Positions 38,501 through 52,456 of a DNA stretch of 64,000 nt are shown here, in pieces. Position 1 is the stretch's first letter. The number at the start of each line of letters is the position of its first letter. The stretch is from Paraspadella gotoi. Taxonomy: Eukaryota > Animalia > Chaetognatha. The position numbers and the translations under genes were made by a program. Where the stretch lies: NCBI GenBank assembly GCA_051294375.1, contig CM119266.1, positions 23,522,776 through 23,586,775 on the forward strand, given 5' to 3'. The notes beneath the pieces are model-generated. The model had not been told where the DNA came from and made no database searches. It saw only the letters and a program-made list of their open reading frames with translations.

Positions 38501-41500
38501 CGTCGACGTGAAAGAGGATGATGTATGAGAGTAGGGGTAGCGGCGGTAAGAGAGAGAGAAGAAAAGAAGAGAGAGCGAGAGACGAGTTGAGAGAGAGAGG
38601 TTGATATTGTCAACTCGATACACGTGAAATCAGACAGATGGCAGTAGAAGAGAAAGATGGGGAGAGAGAAAAGAAAGAAAGAAAAGAAAAAAAGAAAAAA
38701 GAAAGGAGAAGAAATGCAAATAAGAAGAAAGAAAGAAAGGAAAGAAAGAAAGAAAGAAAGAAAGAAGTGAAGATTAAGAGAGAGAGTAGAAGAGAGAGAG
38801 AGAGGAGAGAGAGAGAGGAGAGGAGAGAGAGAGAGAGGTAAAGGTTGAGAGAGAGAGAGGAGCAGAGCGAGAGAGAGAGAGAGAGAGAGAGGAAGAGAGG
38901 GGAGTAGGAAGCGGAGAGGAGAGAGAGGAAAAGAGAGATAGAGAGAGAGAGAGTTCATGCAAAGATGTATGAGGTCATATGGAGGTGGGGCAGATCACGG
39001 TGACAGTGAGGACGAAAACTAGATGTGAGATTTGGTTCGTCTAAATCGTCGTGCGTCGTCGTCGTCGCCTCGGTCGTCGTCGTCGTCGCCTTGGCCTCAA
39101 TCTCATTCCCGGGTCCTTTCAAGGGTTTTTAAATCGGAACATTACCGCGGTCCCTGCGATCGAGGCAGAAAGGAATGAGAAATATAAAGAAGGAAAAAAA
39201 AAGAGGGGGGGGGAAAAACTCACTAAAGATATCGTCATAAAACCTTTCGTAACTAATTTTGGAGGAAATTGGAGCGTGCCAAGATACGTACGGGCTGCAA
39301 CTATATGATAAAAATTTTAGGTACATTTCTGGGTCAAATAAGAACATAGATGATTGAAAAGGCAGAAATCCTGAAAGAACTTGTGCCCAGAAGGTTAATA
39401 CCCCTGCTAGAGTTTAGATCCAAACTATTAATGAAGAGATATATCCTTCCTATTTTGTGGAGTGAAAGTATAATGGTGAAGTAGATAATGCAAGTGCGGT
39501 AAGTATGTTAAAGACTGTAATGTTCACTAAGCAGTGTCCACAGCCCAAACCCGCAAGAACCTCACCAAAACGCCCTGCGTATCTGCGATCATTTTGTTTT
39601 TTGGCCGTGGTCGAAACGCACAAAGAATAATTGAAAGTGGCCTGCTTTGGTCGTTTCGTTTTTTAGTCCAAAGCTTCATCGTCTGGCTTTCGCTGTAGGT
39701 CTCTGCGCCCGGCCGACTCCATAATCTCAGGGTGGATGAAAATTGAACTCGCCCGAATCATAAAGTCACAATCAATGTCACACCGGGCCTCCGATCGACG
39801 GAAGGGCTGAAGGATGAGGCAACGGGTTTGTCGCTCTCGTCGTCTGCTGCCTCGTGCGTCGTCGATTCACTCTCTCGGGGTCGTCTCTTCTGCGGTCTCT
39901 CTCCTCTCGTCGTCTCTTTGAACGTTGTTTTTAGTGGCGTCTTGTGAGTACCGGCGCCGTGTGCGCCGAAAAGAAAGAAATAATAAGAATAAAGAAAAAA
40001 AAAGATCAACGAACAAGGACGAGGGCGGGACTGCAGGCGGGAGGGGGAAGAAGATATCGCGGGATCAGAGGCATTGGTGAGGAAATAGATCTGCGTGGAA
40101 GAGAGTGGGTTCAGTGACCAAGGAAGAGGGGAAAATCTGCGCGGAGAAAACAATGAAGGAAAAGAAGGGAAGCGGCTGACAACGATTTCACGATATGAGG
40201 AGTAAGAAGAAGAGAGAAGGGACTGAAAAAAGGGGTATAGAAGATAGAAAGAAAAAAGAGAAAAAAATGAATAAATAGAATATAAATAAATAGTGAAATA
40301 AATGTAGAATAAATTAAATTAGATAAATAAGATAATAAATCGTATAATAAATGAATAAGGATAATAAGAATAAGATAAATAAATAAATAGAGATAATAAA
40401 TAAGATGAATAAAATAAAGATAAATAAAGTGAGAAGTAGAATAAATAGAAGTAAGAATTAGAGAGGTAAGATTGAAGTGGAGAGTAATAGAATTCGAATA
40501 AACTAAATAATAAAATTAAATAGAATAATAAATAAATAAATAAATGAATAAATAGAATAGAAGAAAGAGAAGATATGGAAATAATGAAAGGAGAAAAATT
40601 AAAGAAGAATGAGAAGAAAGTAAGAAAAGAGGAATTATGAAAGAAGAAAGAAAGAAGTGACGCGAAAGTGCAAGTCAGCGGCCGAACATAGCAATCAAGG
40701 CACGGCAAGGCAGAACAGCGAAATTAGGGAGTTAACCCAAAAAAAAAAAGAAAGAACGAAAAAAAGAAGTGAAGCGAAGAAAAGGTATACTTTCTTCTTT
40801 TTTCAAGTCGTCCGCACCTCTGGAGAAAATTGGTTATTTCTTGCCTGTTGGTGGAAAAGAAAAAGGTAAGCTGAAGAAGGGGAGACGAGAAGAATTTCTC
40901 GTTCAAAGCAAAGGAAATGACATATTTTGTAAAGTGTGTGGGTTGCTACCATTTCGGTCGGCTGAAAAGTCGGTTGAAAGAAGCCATGTGATATTTTTTT
41001 TTTTTGTCGGCATTGTCTGCGAGGTATGCTTTTTGTTTTGTTTTGTGTGTCTTTTTTCTTTGCCGAATAGTCTAATGAGAATAACGTGTTGGCTTGTATT
41101 TCTTTAAAAATGATCAAAATTCGGAACTAAATGGGTTATGTAGTTAAAATCGGAAGAAGTGTCGGAGATGTGATTTCACCTGTCGAACGTAATCGAAACT
41201 CGGGGTCCTCTCTCTCTCTCCTCTGCGTCTCCCTTCCGTCGTCTGCTCCTCGTCTCTCCTCGTTCTCTGTCGTCTTTCTCTCCTCTCTGACTCGCCGACT
41301 CGGCTCGTCGGCACTGCTGCGGACCTCTGCTAGTCCCTGAGCGTGGGCCTCGTGCTCCCCCCGCGTGGCCGTCCCCTCTCTCCGCTGCGCGTCGCGATCC
41401 CTCTCCTTCGGCTTCTATCTCGTGTGTCTCTCCTCTCTCTCTCTCCGTTCTCTTCGCAGGTGGTCCGTCATGCTCCTCTTCCTCTCTCAGTCTTCCCTCT

Positions 41501-43380
41501 TCTCTCCTCGTCCTGCTCCTCTCGTCTCTCTAATAAAACGCAGTTTTTTTTTTTTTTAACATTGTTGAACTTATTCTTTCATAATAAATTTTAACGTCGT
41601 TAGTCAGGAGCGATAGAATCTCCATTTGCTCTGGGATTCGAAGGCAAAGTGGAGAAGGCGCGGCGCCGGCCCGTTTTGAGGTTCCGGAAAAGCCTGAAGC
41701 AGTGTTTAGATTTTTTTTCTCTGCTGGCGAGCGGCCGCATGTATTTCTGGGATATAATTAATGAGACCAAGCAGTGAGTAGTTGATTCGAAGGGGATTGC
41801 GAGGGGAATTATTTATCGTGTCTTTTTCAAAGCGCTACGTGCCTATGAAAAGGATTACGCAGTCTTCACATTTGACAATTGCTTAAAATAACAATTATTG
41901 TAGCCTCAAAAAAAGAACCGTTTTATTTATCAATAAAGCATGTTTTAAAAAATGTATGCAGAACACAAACGATGAAAAGTCGCGGATGAAATCGGTGGAC
42001 CGTTACTGGTTTTCCATTGCGGCTATAATAATCAATTTAAAAAACCATCTATTTACCTACGAATCTCCTTGAGCGTCTATCGTGTCCATGCAATGCATCG
42101 CCGTCCATGCGAAAAAGTCCAGATGTTTTAGAATTGGCAGGAAAACAATTTTTCTCCTCCTTTGAACATATTGTAATGCAAAAAAACGAACACCCCGAGC
42201 GAATTTCATGGAGGCGTAACAAATTTTCCTCTCTCTCTCCTCCCCTCTCCTCTCTCATCTCGGAATCTCTCTCTCGACTCGGCTGCGCCGGATGTATTCT
42301 CGCGCATTATTTATGGCGCGTGCGTCGTCCCTTTCGTCGGCCGATGCTGTGCTGGCGCCAGCAATCTATCGGACGGTTACGCGATGCTCTGTCTGGGGTC
42401 ACCAGTGACTGGCAGGGAATCCCGATTTGTGACTGTTCACGTTGTGTTCGCGTCCGGGCGTTTCCTCTCTCCATTCTCCCCGTAGCCGAATGTTCTGTCG
42501 TCCATCGGCGTGTCTGGCGGTTTCTTGTACCGTGTCTGTGCGGCACAATGGGAGCCGAAGGGTACGTGTCTTGTCGTTCGACTCCGTGTCCCCCACTCGT
42601 CCTGCTTATGTCTATTGTGGTCGAATGCTCGCCGTCCGGCCCCTCGCGCTCCGTCCCCGTCTTCCTGGGTTTGACGTTCAGGCTCCTTGTGTCACAGTAG
42701 CGTCGTGGGGACTCTCCCGTCGTGCGTTGCGTATGCTGGTGTGCGTCACGACAGTCGAGTGTCGTTGGCACTTCTTCGTCTCCCGCTCGATCTCTCTCAT
42801 TCTCCCCCTCCTCTCTCTCATCCTCGGGTCTCTATCTCTCATCTCTCTTCGGGTGTCGAGCTCTCTCTGTCTGCATGTTTAAGCTTATCGATATCCGGAA
42901 ATCGGCGCCTCCCAGATGGAAATCTAATTCAAGTTCTCTTTTTAATTTGGTTTCTTCTTTTGGTTTTGTTCCGGCGAGGTTTGGTCGCGCCCCTCGGGCG
43001 TGAAACGACAAGGACGTACGACCAACAAGAACGTCAGACAAACAAACAATACGAAGTCACAGCGTCGACGCCGAAGTCAGAGTTTAATTTAAGAATATTG
43101 CTCTTAGAATTTTAACCACTAAGTAAAAAAATATATTACAGCTGAAAAGAAGAGTAAGCTCGGACAAAATCGTCGCGCAAGAAATCTCACGCAGAAAAAA
43201 AATTCGGAACCATATGAGCGCTTGCAGCCGCCTCCTAAGCTCACGTATAGCATCAAGGACGAAATGCTGAAAGCTTTTTTGATACAAAAGAGAGAAAAAC
43301 ATATTTTGTGGCGATTTTGATGGAACGAATGTTGGGAGCAGCGCGAGAAATAACCAATAACGGAAGGAAGGGGAAGGAAA
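33553..43380 (+). repeat. ~10-kb insertion-rich duplicate of 21713-24145, 25535-29320 and 32263-33460
   Basis: Continuous colinear similarity with dense 1-2 bp insertions. It spans sequence that is N in the first copy (22398-23306, 27288-27687). Confidence 0.92.
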
Positions 43381-43452
43381 CGCGAACTGAGAATAGTGTA
43401 TCAAGATGGATTGCAGAGATTTTCAAAACGTTGCACAAAAGTGAATCACACA

Positions 43453-45684
43453 TATATACTACTTTAATATTAAAACTACCTTTTGGAATTCGATTTGAAA
43501 TTCTCAACATGAGAGATGGCCGATCGATTTTTATTCCTGGCTTGCCTAAATTATCGCCATAATTAGCTGTACGATGCGAATTTGTCAGATAACGATGACG
43601 CTCTTTTATTCGCGTAATTTTAAAACGTTTTATTATTGTAGATATAATAAGTAATTTGAATATTATATGTTTTTAAGAAAATATAATTTTTATAAAATAT
43701 AAATAATTGTGATAGTATTTATAGCTAATATAATAAGACCCAAAATAGCGTAATTAAATGAGATCTTGAATGCTTGCTTTTTCTTACCAAAGATGAGGGA
43801 ATTCAAAAGAGATTTTTTGCATTTTAAAATAAATATTACTATTTTGCTTGTTGTAAGTTGCCTTATTAACAATAATATAATAGAAATTGTATAAAATTGG
43901 TATTAATTCATTTCGTTTAAGTTACTATTGATCGTGCTTTTAATAAAATAGGTAAATTTGGTAAAACACTTGATAACAAAGATTTAAAATATAACCAAAA
44001 AAGTAAAATTTTTAAAAAAAATAATACTAATATTAAATATTAGTATTTAATAATTTAATAATAATAATTAATAAAAAAAATATTTTTAAGAAATTACTGC
44101 GAGAAGAAACGAATTTAAATTAATTTAAAATTATTAAATGAAATTTTTTTCTATATTTTTAAAGTAATTTTTTAGTCACTAGGTCCATTAGGATTGTACC
44201 CACCGTAGGAATAGCGTGGGCGGAATACTATGGGGGTTGCAAGATTTTTTATTGTATGTGGGCCCAAGTGCTACATGGTGGCAATCCTAGGGCGGCGCAA
44301 TTTTATGGGCCCAATAATACGGTGGCCAACAATCCTGCTAACCGCACGTAATAGTACATATAGATAAGATGAAAAAGGATATCCATTCAATTAGTCCAAT
44401 AATCAATGATTTGAAGTATAATTATGTTTGAATGATCAGGACAGAAAATTAAAATACGAATCTAATAAATATTACTAAATTTTGAATAGCAAATTACATA
44501 GATTGACGATTGGATCATTTTGTGCTTTGAGGCAACATGAACCGGGACTACATATTTTTGATATGGATATAACAATAACTGTCTCTATTAATTTTGTTTT
44601 AATTTTTCTGATCATAAACAAAAATACTACTTCATTTATAAAAAGAAAACAGAGAACTTTTGAGAGGGAAACTTAACTTGCCAAGCACTTTTAAAAGAAA
44701 TTGTCTTTTGTTTTATAAGTTTTTTAAATCAAAACATGTCAATTAATTAATAAAATTACAATCGAAAACCTATTGTTCCTGTTAAATAATGATAGATTGC
44801 TTTGTGTAATTTTTCAATCAACCAAATTGAAAAAGTGAGTAAACAAATTATGGATTAAAACAATACTGAATAATATGTAACATTTTCATTGTTAGCAACA
44901 AGCGATGAAGGCTAACAATTTTTTAAGAAATTTTTCGAAAATGTTCCATTTTTTAATGTAAAAACATTTATGTCGTTTATTATTAACCATTAGAAAAGTT
45001 TATTATTTCGCTCTCTAAATCCAAACACAAATGAAAATAAATAAATACAATGACTAAAACTAAAAAAATCCCGAGATATTTTTTTTATAATTGAAAAAAA
45101 GTTTGACATATGATGCTCAACCGCTCATTCATCCTTAATTATTGGCTATTAATAGTTATAAAAAATAAAACTAATAGTACATAGGAAAAATGACTTCTAA
45201 TATAAATAAAGATTAGTTTAAAGAGAAGGGGATAAAATTGTAATCAAAATCATATCCGTTTAAAGCATTTGTGTTTTTGTAATAAATATTGTCATTGGTT
45301 AAAAAAATTTTATCTTTTATTAATATTAATTATATTTATTGTTATTTATCATTTGACTATAGTTAAGATCATATTTTATATTATTTCTCTTTAAATATGT
45401 GTTTCAGAACGAATTTCGTACAGGCAAACAAAAAATCAGCGATTAAGTTTCTAAAATTTTTGCTATAGAAAAACAGAAAAAAACGTATTAGAAAATCAAC
45501 AACCATGCAGTACTAAAACTTATTAAAAGTTATTAAGGCATTTCTGAAATTATTAATAAAACATAGAAATATTATTAATGAAATCATATGTTTATTAAAA
45601 AAACTAAACTCATCGTCCAGATTTACCAGGGAAAGAGATGCTGCTTTTTATGAAAAATCGCGAATATCGCGCCAGGTTCGCTAG
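43453..45684 (+). mobile_element. Probable non-autonomous Helitron
   Basis: The 3' end has hairpin CGCGA-ATA-TCGCG (45659-45671), then CCAGGTTCG-CTAG followed by T. The 5' end TATATACTACTTTAATATTAAAAC follows an A and resembles a degenerate TC-start Helitron terminus. The interior is very AT-rich, lacks microsatellites and has no RepHel ORF. The 5' boundary is uncertain. Confidence 0.55.
44190..44336. mobile_element. Small GC-richer MITE-like element nested in the Helitron-like sequence
   Basis: AGGATTGTACCCACCGTA is an imperfect inverted match of TACGGTGGCCAACAATCCT, and composition shifts sharply against the AT-rich flanks. A second copy lies near 46900-47045. Confidence 0.4.
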
Positions 45685-46087
45685 TACATCTTTTGTTCTT
45701 TTTGACCGGCTTTGACCGGTCTTTAACATTAAAAAGATCCGAAATCACGTATTCGAGTCTCGGGATCTTCCTTATGTTCGAATGTCATTAAACTTAAATA
45801 TTTTTATTACGAAAATTATTTAATATAATATCGTCTGATTAAGTGTGCAAACGTTTTTTATGAACTCGTATGTCTGTAAATATTACTACATTTTGGTTAA
45901 CTGAGAAGGAGAGAGAGAGGAAAGAGTGAGAGAGAGTTAGAGAGAGAGAGAGGAGGAGAGAGAGAGCGGAGAGAGAAGAGGAGAGAGAGAGAGATGAGAG
46001 GAGGAAGATGAAACGAGGAGAGAGAGAGATATGGGGAGGAGAAGGACAATGACAGACAGAACNNNNNNNNNNNNNNNNNNNNNNNNN

Positions 46088-48630
46088 ACAACCGAACTGA
46101 GACATAGTGTATCAAAGATGGATTCAGATTTTCAAAACGTTCACAACAAGTGAATGCACACATATATACTACTTTAATATTAAAACTACCTTTTAATTCG
46201 AATTTGAAATTCTCAACATGAGAGATCCGATCGAATTTTTATCCTGGCTCCTAAATTATCGCCAAATTAGCTGTAACGATGCGAGATTTGTCAGATAACG
46301 ATGACTGGGGCTCTTGTTATTCTGCGTAATTTTAAAACGTTTTATTATTGTAGAGTATAATAATGATAATGAATATTATATTGTTTTTAGAAATATAATT
46401 TTTATAAATATAAATAATTTTAAGTATTTATACTAATATATAAGACAAAATAGCGTAATTAGAATGAGATCTTTGAATGCTTCTTTTTCTTACCAAAATG
46501 AGGAATTCAAAAGAGATTTTTGCATTAAAATAAAATATTACTATTCTTGCTTGTTGTAAGTGTGCCTTATTAACATATAATATAATAATTAATTGTATAT
46601 AAATTGTATTAATTCATTTCGTTTAAGTTAGCTATTGATGCGGTGCTTAAGTAAAATAGGTAAATTTGGAAAAGCATTGATAACAAAAGATTTAAAAGTA
46701 GACCAAAAAAGTAAATTTTTAAAAAAAAATAATACTGAATATTCATATTAGTATTTAATAATTTAATAATAATAATTAATAAAAAAAAATATTTTAAGAA
46801 ATTACTGGCGAGAAGAAAGAATTTAAATTATTTAAAAATTATTAAATGAAATTTTTTTCTATATTGTTTAAAGTAAATTTTTTAGTCACTAGGTTCCATT
46901 AGGACTTGTACCCACACGTAGGAATAGCGTGGGCGGAATATATGGGGTGCAAATTTTTTTGTAATGTGGGCCAAGTGCTACATGGGTGCAATCCTAGGGG
47001 GCGCAATTTTATGGGCCCAAATAATACGGTGGCAACAATCCGTGCTACCACCGATAATAGTACATATAGATAAGATGAAAAGGATTCCATTCAATTATCC
47101 AATACATCAATGATTTGAAGTATATATTATGTTTGAATGAATCAGGACAGAAAATTAAATACTGATCTAATAAATATTACTAAATTTTGAATAGCAAATT
47201 ACATAGATTGACGGATTGGATCCATTTTTGTGTTTGAGGCAACATGAACCGGGACTCATATTTTTGATATGGATATAACATAACTGTCTCTATTAATCTT
47301 TGTTTAATTTTTCTGATCATCAATCAAAAACTACTTCATTTATAAAAAGAAAACAGAGAACTTATTGAGAGGGAAACTTACTTGCCAAGACTTTTAAAAG
47401 AGAATTGGCTTTTGTTTTATAAGTTTTTTTAAATCAAAACATGTCAATTAATTATAAAATTACATCGAAAACCTAAGCTTAGTCTGTATAATAATGATAG
47501 ATTGCTTTGTGTAATTTTCAATCAAGCCAAATTGAAAAGTGAGTTAAACAAATTATGATTAAAAACAATACTGAATAATATGATAACATTTTTCATTGTT
47601 AACAACAACGATGGAAGGCTAACAATTTTTTAGAGTTTCGAAAATGTCCTTTTTTATGTAAAAACATTTATGATCGTTATTATTAACCATTAGAAAAGTT
47701 TATTATTTCGTCTCTCAATCACAACACAAATGAAAATAAATAATACAATGACTAAATAAACTAAAAAATCCGAGATATTTTTTTATAATTGAAAAAAAGT
47801 TTGACATAGTGGATGCTCAACCGCTCATTCATCCTTAATTATTGGCCTATTAAATAGTTTATAAAAAGAAAACTAATAGTAGCATAGGAAAATGACTTCT
47901 AATATAATAAATTAGTTTAAAGAAGAAGGGGATAAAAAATTGTAATCAAATCATATCCGTTTAAAGCATTTGTGTTTTTGTATAAATATTGTCCATTGGG
48001 TTAAAAAAATTTTATGCTTTTATTAAATATTAATTTATTTATTGTTATTTATATTTGACTATATAAGATCATATTTTATATTATTTCTCTTAAATATGTG
48101 TTCAGAACGAATTTTCAGTACCAGGCAAACAAAAAAGATAGGCGATTAAGTTCTAAAATGTTTTCGCTATAGAAAAACAGAAAAACAACTATTGAAAATC
48201 AACAAACCATGCAGTACTAAAACTTATTAAAATTATTAAGGCAATTCTGAATTATTAATAAAACATAGAAAATATTATTTAATGAAATACATATGTTTAT
48301 TAAAAAAACTAAAACTCATCGTCCAGATTTCACCAGGGAAAGAAGATGCTGCTTTTTATGAAAAATTCGCGAATATCGCGCCAGGTTCGCTAGTAATCTT
48401 TTGTTCTTTTTGACGGCTTGGACCGGTCTTTTAACATTAAAAAGATACGAAATCACGTATTCGAGTCTCAGGGATTCTCTCTATGTTCGATGCATTAAAC
48501 CTGTAAATATTTTTATTATCGAAAATTATTTAATATATTACGTCTGATTAACGTGTGCAAAGCGTTTTTTATGAAACTCGTATGTCTGTAATATTAACTA
48601 CATTTTGGTTAACATGAGAAAGGAGAGAGA
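46088..48630 (+). repeat. Tandem duplicate of 43381-45920 across a 25-N gap
   Basis: Colinear, with indel-type differences. Confidence 0.92.
46163..48393 (+). mobile_element. Second copy of the Helitron-like element (part of a tandem duplicate)
   Basis: Same termini (CTAG at 48390-48393) and the same flanking sequence as 43453-45684. Confidence 0.5.
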
Positions 48631-48779
48631 GAGGAAAGAGTGAGAGAGAGAGCAGGAGAGAGAGGAGAGAGGAGAGAGAGAGCGAGAGAGAGAGAGGAGA
48701 GAGAGAGAGATGAGACGAGAGCGGATACGTGAGAACAGAGGAGGAAGAGGAGAGATATGAGGGAGAGAAGGAATGGACA

Positions 48780-49470
48780 GACAGGACCAGGACAGACAGG
48801 AACAGCGAGAGGAGTCTGCGACAGTATCTAAGGGATCTAGCAAACAAACAAGACGCACGAGTTCTTTACAAGACAGACCACAAATAGAAAACAGGACGAA
48901 GTCGAAAGAAACAGCAGACAGACAATGTACACAGAGTTATACCAATTGTTGTTTTTCAATGTCCTTATCGCGATCGCGACACGCGTGTGTCCCCTAAATA
49001 CCAACGTATTGACGCGTCAGGGCGGGCGGGTAATCGGTGATTCCAAGAGCGCCTTCGATCGAGCGGCATCGGCGATCAAGGGTGACAGCCCTGAGAGGGG
49101 GGCGCTCGCTCCACAGGGGGTTGAGCCAGAGAAGGGGCAGATGTCGCCATGGAGTTTCAATGGGTCCCTTTCTCTCTGAGCTCCTCGACGACGACAACGC
49201 CCTTCCTCTTTATTCAAGATGGAAAATCCCTTCGCATTCCCAGGCCCCATCGCGCACCCTGTAGACAACCAGGCAACGACAATAAGACGATCCCTCGACT
49301 TCCGCCAGCGCCGCGCGCACGGCATAGAACCGCCTCGTCCTCTCCTCAGACCCCTTCCTCAGAGGATTCTCCCGTGAGCTCTCGACCTGCCCTTTTTTTT
49401 TCTTTTTCTGACGCATCTGCAGCCGTCAAGCGGTTATCATAGAAAGTACGGGACAAGCAATTGAGAGAAA
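48780..49470 (+). repeat. Insertion-rich tandem duplicate of 49480-49975
   Basis: Shared CACAGAGTTATAC, GCGATCAAGGGTGAC, GAGGGGGGCGCTCGCTCCACAGGGGG and GCCGTCAAGCGGTT. Confidence 0.85.
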
Positions 49471-49625
49471 AGCGAAAGAACAAGACAGACAGACAGACAG
49501 ACAGACAAACAAACATAAGTTCTTACACACAGACAAATAGAAAACAGCGAAAGAAACACAGACAGACAGACACAGAGTTATACAATTTGTTTTCAATCCT
49601 TTCGCGACAGCGTGTGTCCCCTCAA

Positions 49626-49700
49626 GAGCGCCTCTCTCGAGTCGAGCGATCAAGGGTGACGCCCCCTGCAGAGGGGGGCGCTCGCTCCACAGGGGGGGTG
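49626..49700. promoter_or_regulatory. Cluster of CTCF-like motifs (candidate insulator)
   Basis: GACGCCCCCTGCAGA (minus: TCTGCAGGGGGCGTC) overlaps GCAGAGGGGGGCGCT, flanked by AGCGCCTCTCTCGA and CCACAGGGGGGGTG. Matched by eye only. Confidence 0.3.
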
Positions 49701-51482
49701 AGCGAGAAAGGGGCGATGTCGGCCATTGATTTAATGGGTCCCTCTCTCTCGCTCCTCGACACGACAACCCCCTTCTCTTTTCAAATGGGAAAATCCTTCA
49801 TTCAGCCTCGCACCCTGTAACAAAGAGCCCCACTTCCCGCCGCGCCCACCGTCTCTCTCCTCAACCCCCCCTCCTCTCTCTCGACCCCTTTTTTTCTTTT
49901 TCTGACGCTCCTGGCGCCGTCAAGCGGTTTATCATGGAAAATACGCAATTAGAGAAAAGCGGAAAGAACAACGAGAGAGAGAGAGAGANNNNNNNNNNNN
50001 NNNNNNNNNNNNNNNNNNNNNNNNNNNNNNNNNNNNNNNNNNNNNNNNNNNNNNNNNNNNNNNNNNNNNNNNNNNNNNNNNNNNNNNNNNNNNNNNNNNN
50101 NNNNNNNNNNNNNNNNNNNNNNNNNNNNNNNNNNNNNNNNNNNNNNNNNNNNNNNNNNNNNNNNNNNNNNNNNNNNNNNNNNNNNNNNNNNNNNNNNNNN
50201 NNNNNNNNNNNNNNNNNNNNNNNNNNNNNNNNNNNNNNNNNNNNNNNNNNNNNNNNNNNNNNNNNNNNNNNNNNNNNNNNNNNNNNNNNNNNNNNNNNNN
50301 NNNNNNGTAGGTTAAGGGGTTGTGGGGTTTGAAAATGGTATGGGCAAGGATAGAAAATATTGGATTAAATGTTAATTTTAAAATCCGTCAAAGTTTAGAC
50401 GATTTCGAAGAATGTTTGTCGAAATTCATTTTAAAAAAATATTAATTTTAGTGATAAATAACGTCTAAGTAATTACCAAAAGATAAAAAAAAAATTTAAG
50501 GGAAAGAAATGATGCAGTCAACTAAAATTATTTTGAAATTTAAAGGGAAAACAAAGAAAAAACACATAGCTACATGCGAAGCACGAAGCGAGAAGGCCAA
50601 ACGAGTAAGAGGAAAGTGAGAAAGAGAAGTAAACAAAAGATTTTCTCTTAAAAACTAAAAGTTGAAGGAGAAAAACAGAAGGAAAAATCGGCGACCGACT
50701 CTCGAAGACGCGGGGGGTTGTAAACATTCCGAAGAAGAGGAAAAGGAAGGGGAATGTAATAGGGGGGAGGAGGTGAACGAGGATAAANNNNNNNNNNNNN
50801 NNNNNNNNNNNNGTAAATAGGGGGAGGAGGGTGAACGAGGATAAAGTGAGAACGGAAAGCGTATCGGGGCCAGCGTCTATCTTGGATCTTATAATCAAAG
50901 AGAAGAGAGAGAGAGAGAGCGAGTGAGGTAGAGAGAGAGATGAGAGAGAAGGAGAGAGGTACGGGGAGGCACTGAGAGCATGGGAGATCGAGCTGCTCTC
51001 TTGCGCAGTAAAAAGAGCACTATCACTGGACAGAAGTGGGTTCCACGGAGAGAGATGCCGGAGGGATGGTCAAGACCTTCGCGCTCATGGAGACACCTGC
51101 ACACAACACATTGAGCTGAAAGGACACGACGACACGAGACGAAAAAACAATGGGGACAAAAGGCGAGGGAGCGGGGAAGAAGAAAAAAGAAAGCATTGTT
51201 CGTCTTTCAAGATGGATTAAGAAGTGCAGATCTCTCGCTCACTTACGAAGCGAGGGAAAAAGTGGCCAATAAAGTGATAAGTTTGGTCGACCAAAAAAAG
51301 GACAGAGATAAGAAACGAGGAAAACCGGCGAGCGGCTGCGCTAGCTGCTGGAGAAGAGACGAGGAGTGAGAGGATCGAGACCGCTTATAGTGAAGTGAAA
51401 AGGCGAGGCTACCAGCACACAGGTGGACTATTGCTAATGATCAGACTATCTATTCTGGCTCCTCAACGGGGAGAGAGAGAGA

Positions 51483-51528
<46 letters not shown>

Positions 51529-52396
51529 AAAACGTTTAAGATTGCATTGTGATAATATTAACTTTAAAAATAAAATATTTTTTCTTCTTATCCTTTTCTT
51601 TACCAACTTTTTGTAAGACAAACGTCGAAATGTCCACACATTTATTTTCATGCCTCATTTTTTTTCTTCGTTTCGCTTTGAATAACTTTTCACTCTGGTT
51701 GCTCCCTCAATACTTTTTACCTTTCCGGTTTCCGGCTGAATTAATCAGCCTTGCCTTTTCCCAGTTCGCTTTCCGGCTTTAAACTATATTTACTTCTTCA
51801 ACTTCCAACTGTTGTTACTTTCCTTTCCATGTTACCTCTCTATCTTTTCTCCTCTTTTTATTTCTTCCTGCAATTTTCTTTCATTTCCACCTTTTTCTCT
51901 AACCTCACCCTCGAACCTACCACCCGCACCACCCCCCAACCCCCCCCCAACCTACCCCACCCTCCTATGACCCCTGGAATGTCTAACACACGTGGCGCCC
52001 TCTCGTCTCATGCCGCTTTTTTCGAGTGTGGGTGGGGAATGGGGAAGCGGGAGTGGCGTTTGGGGTGAATGTATTACTATTAGTCAGTAATAGATTGATT
52101 AAAAGATTCGCGGAAGATGGCGTCAGTAGAATTGAACGATAAGAGAAATATGATTAATGATACTTAATCGGGTAGATTTAATGATATAGGATAATAGGTC
52201 TCCAGAAATAATTATATTAAAATCTTATGATATAATAGTCATAAAAGATCCTTTTGTACTGAGTACTACTGAGTACTACTCAGTGAGTAGCAAATATATA
52301 ATTAAAGTATTAATGTTATGAAGTACAAAATATTTAATTCAGTCTCAAACAGGGAACGGAGAATGTCGGTCAAGTGTAGGTACCTACGAAGGAAAT

Positions 52397-52431
<35 letters not shown>

Positions 52432-52456
52432 NNNNNNNNNNNNNNNNNNNNNNNNN

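Noticed and set aside
41880-42890. Complex-looking ORFs of 150-200 aa at 42107-42882
   Set aside because: They occupy the position of the pure (CT)n tract (32886-32999) in the cleaner copy, consistent with read noise over a microsatellite.
43381-48630. Tandem Helitron array from rolling-circle replication
   Set aside because: The repeat unit includes host flanks on both sides and is split by a 25-N gap, so assembly duplication is more likely.
49256-49265. ACCCTGTAGA matching the 5' end of miR-10
   Set aside because: The match stops after 10 nt, lies in a noisy duplicate (the other copy reads ACCCTGTAAC), shows no hairpin, and miR-10 normally lies between Dfd and Scr.
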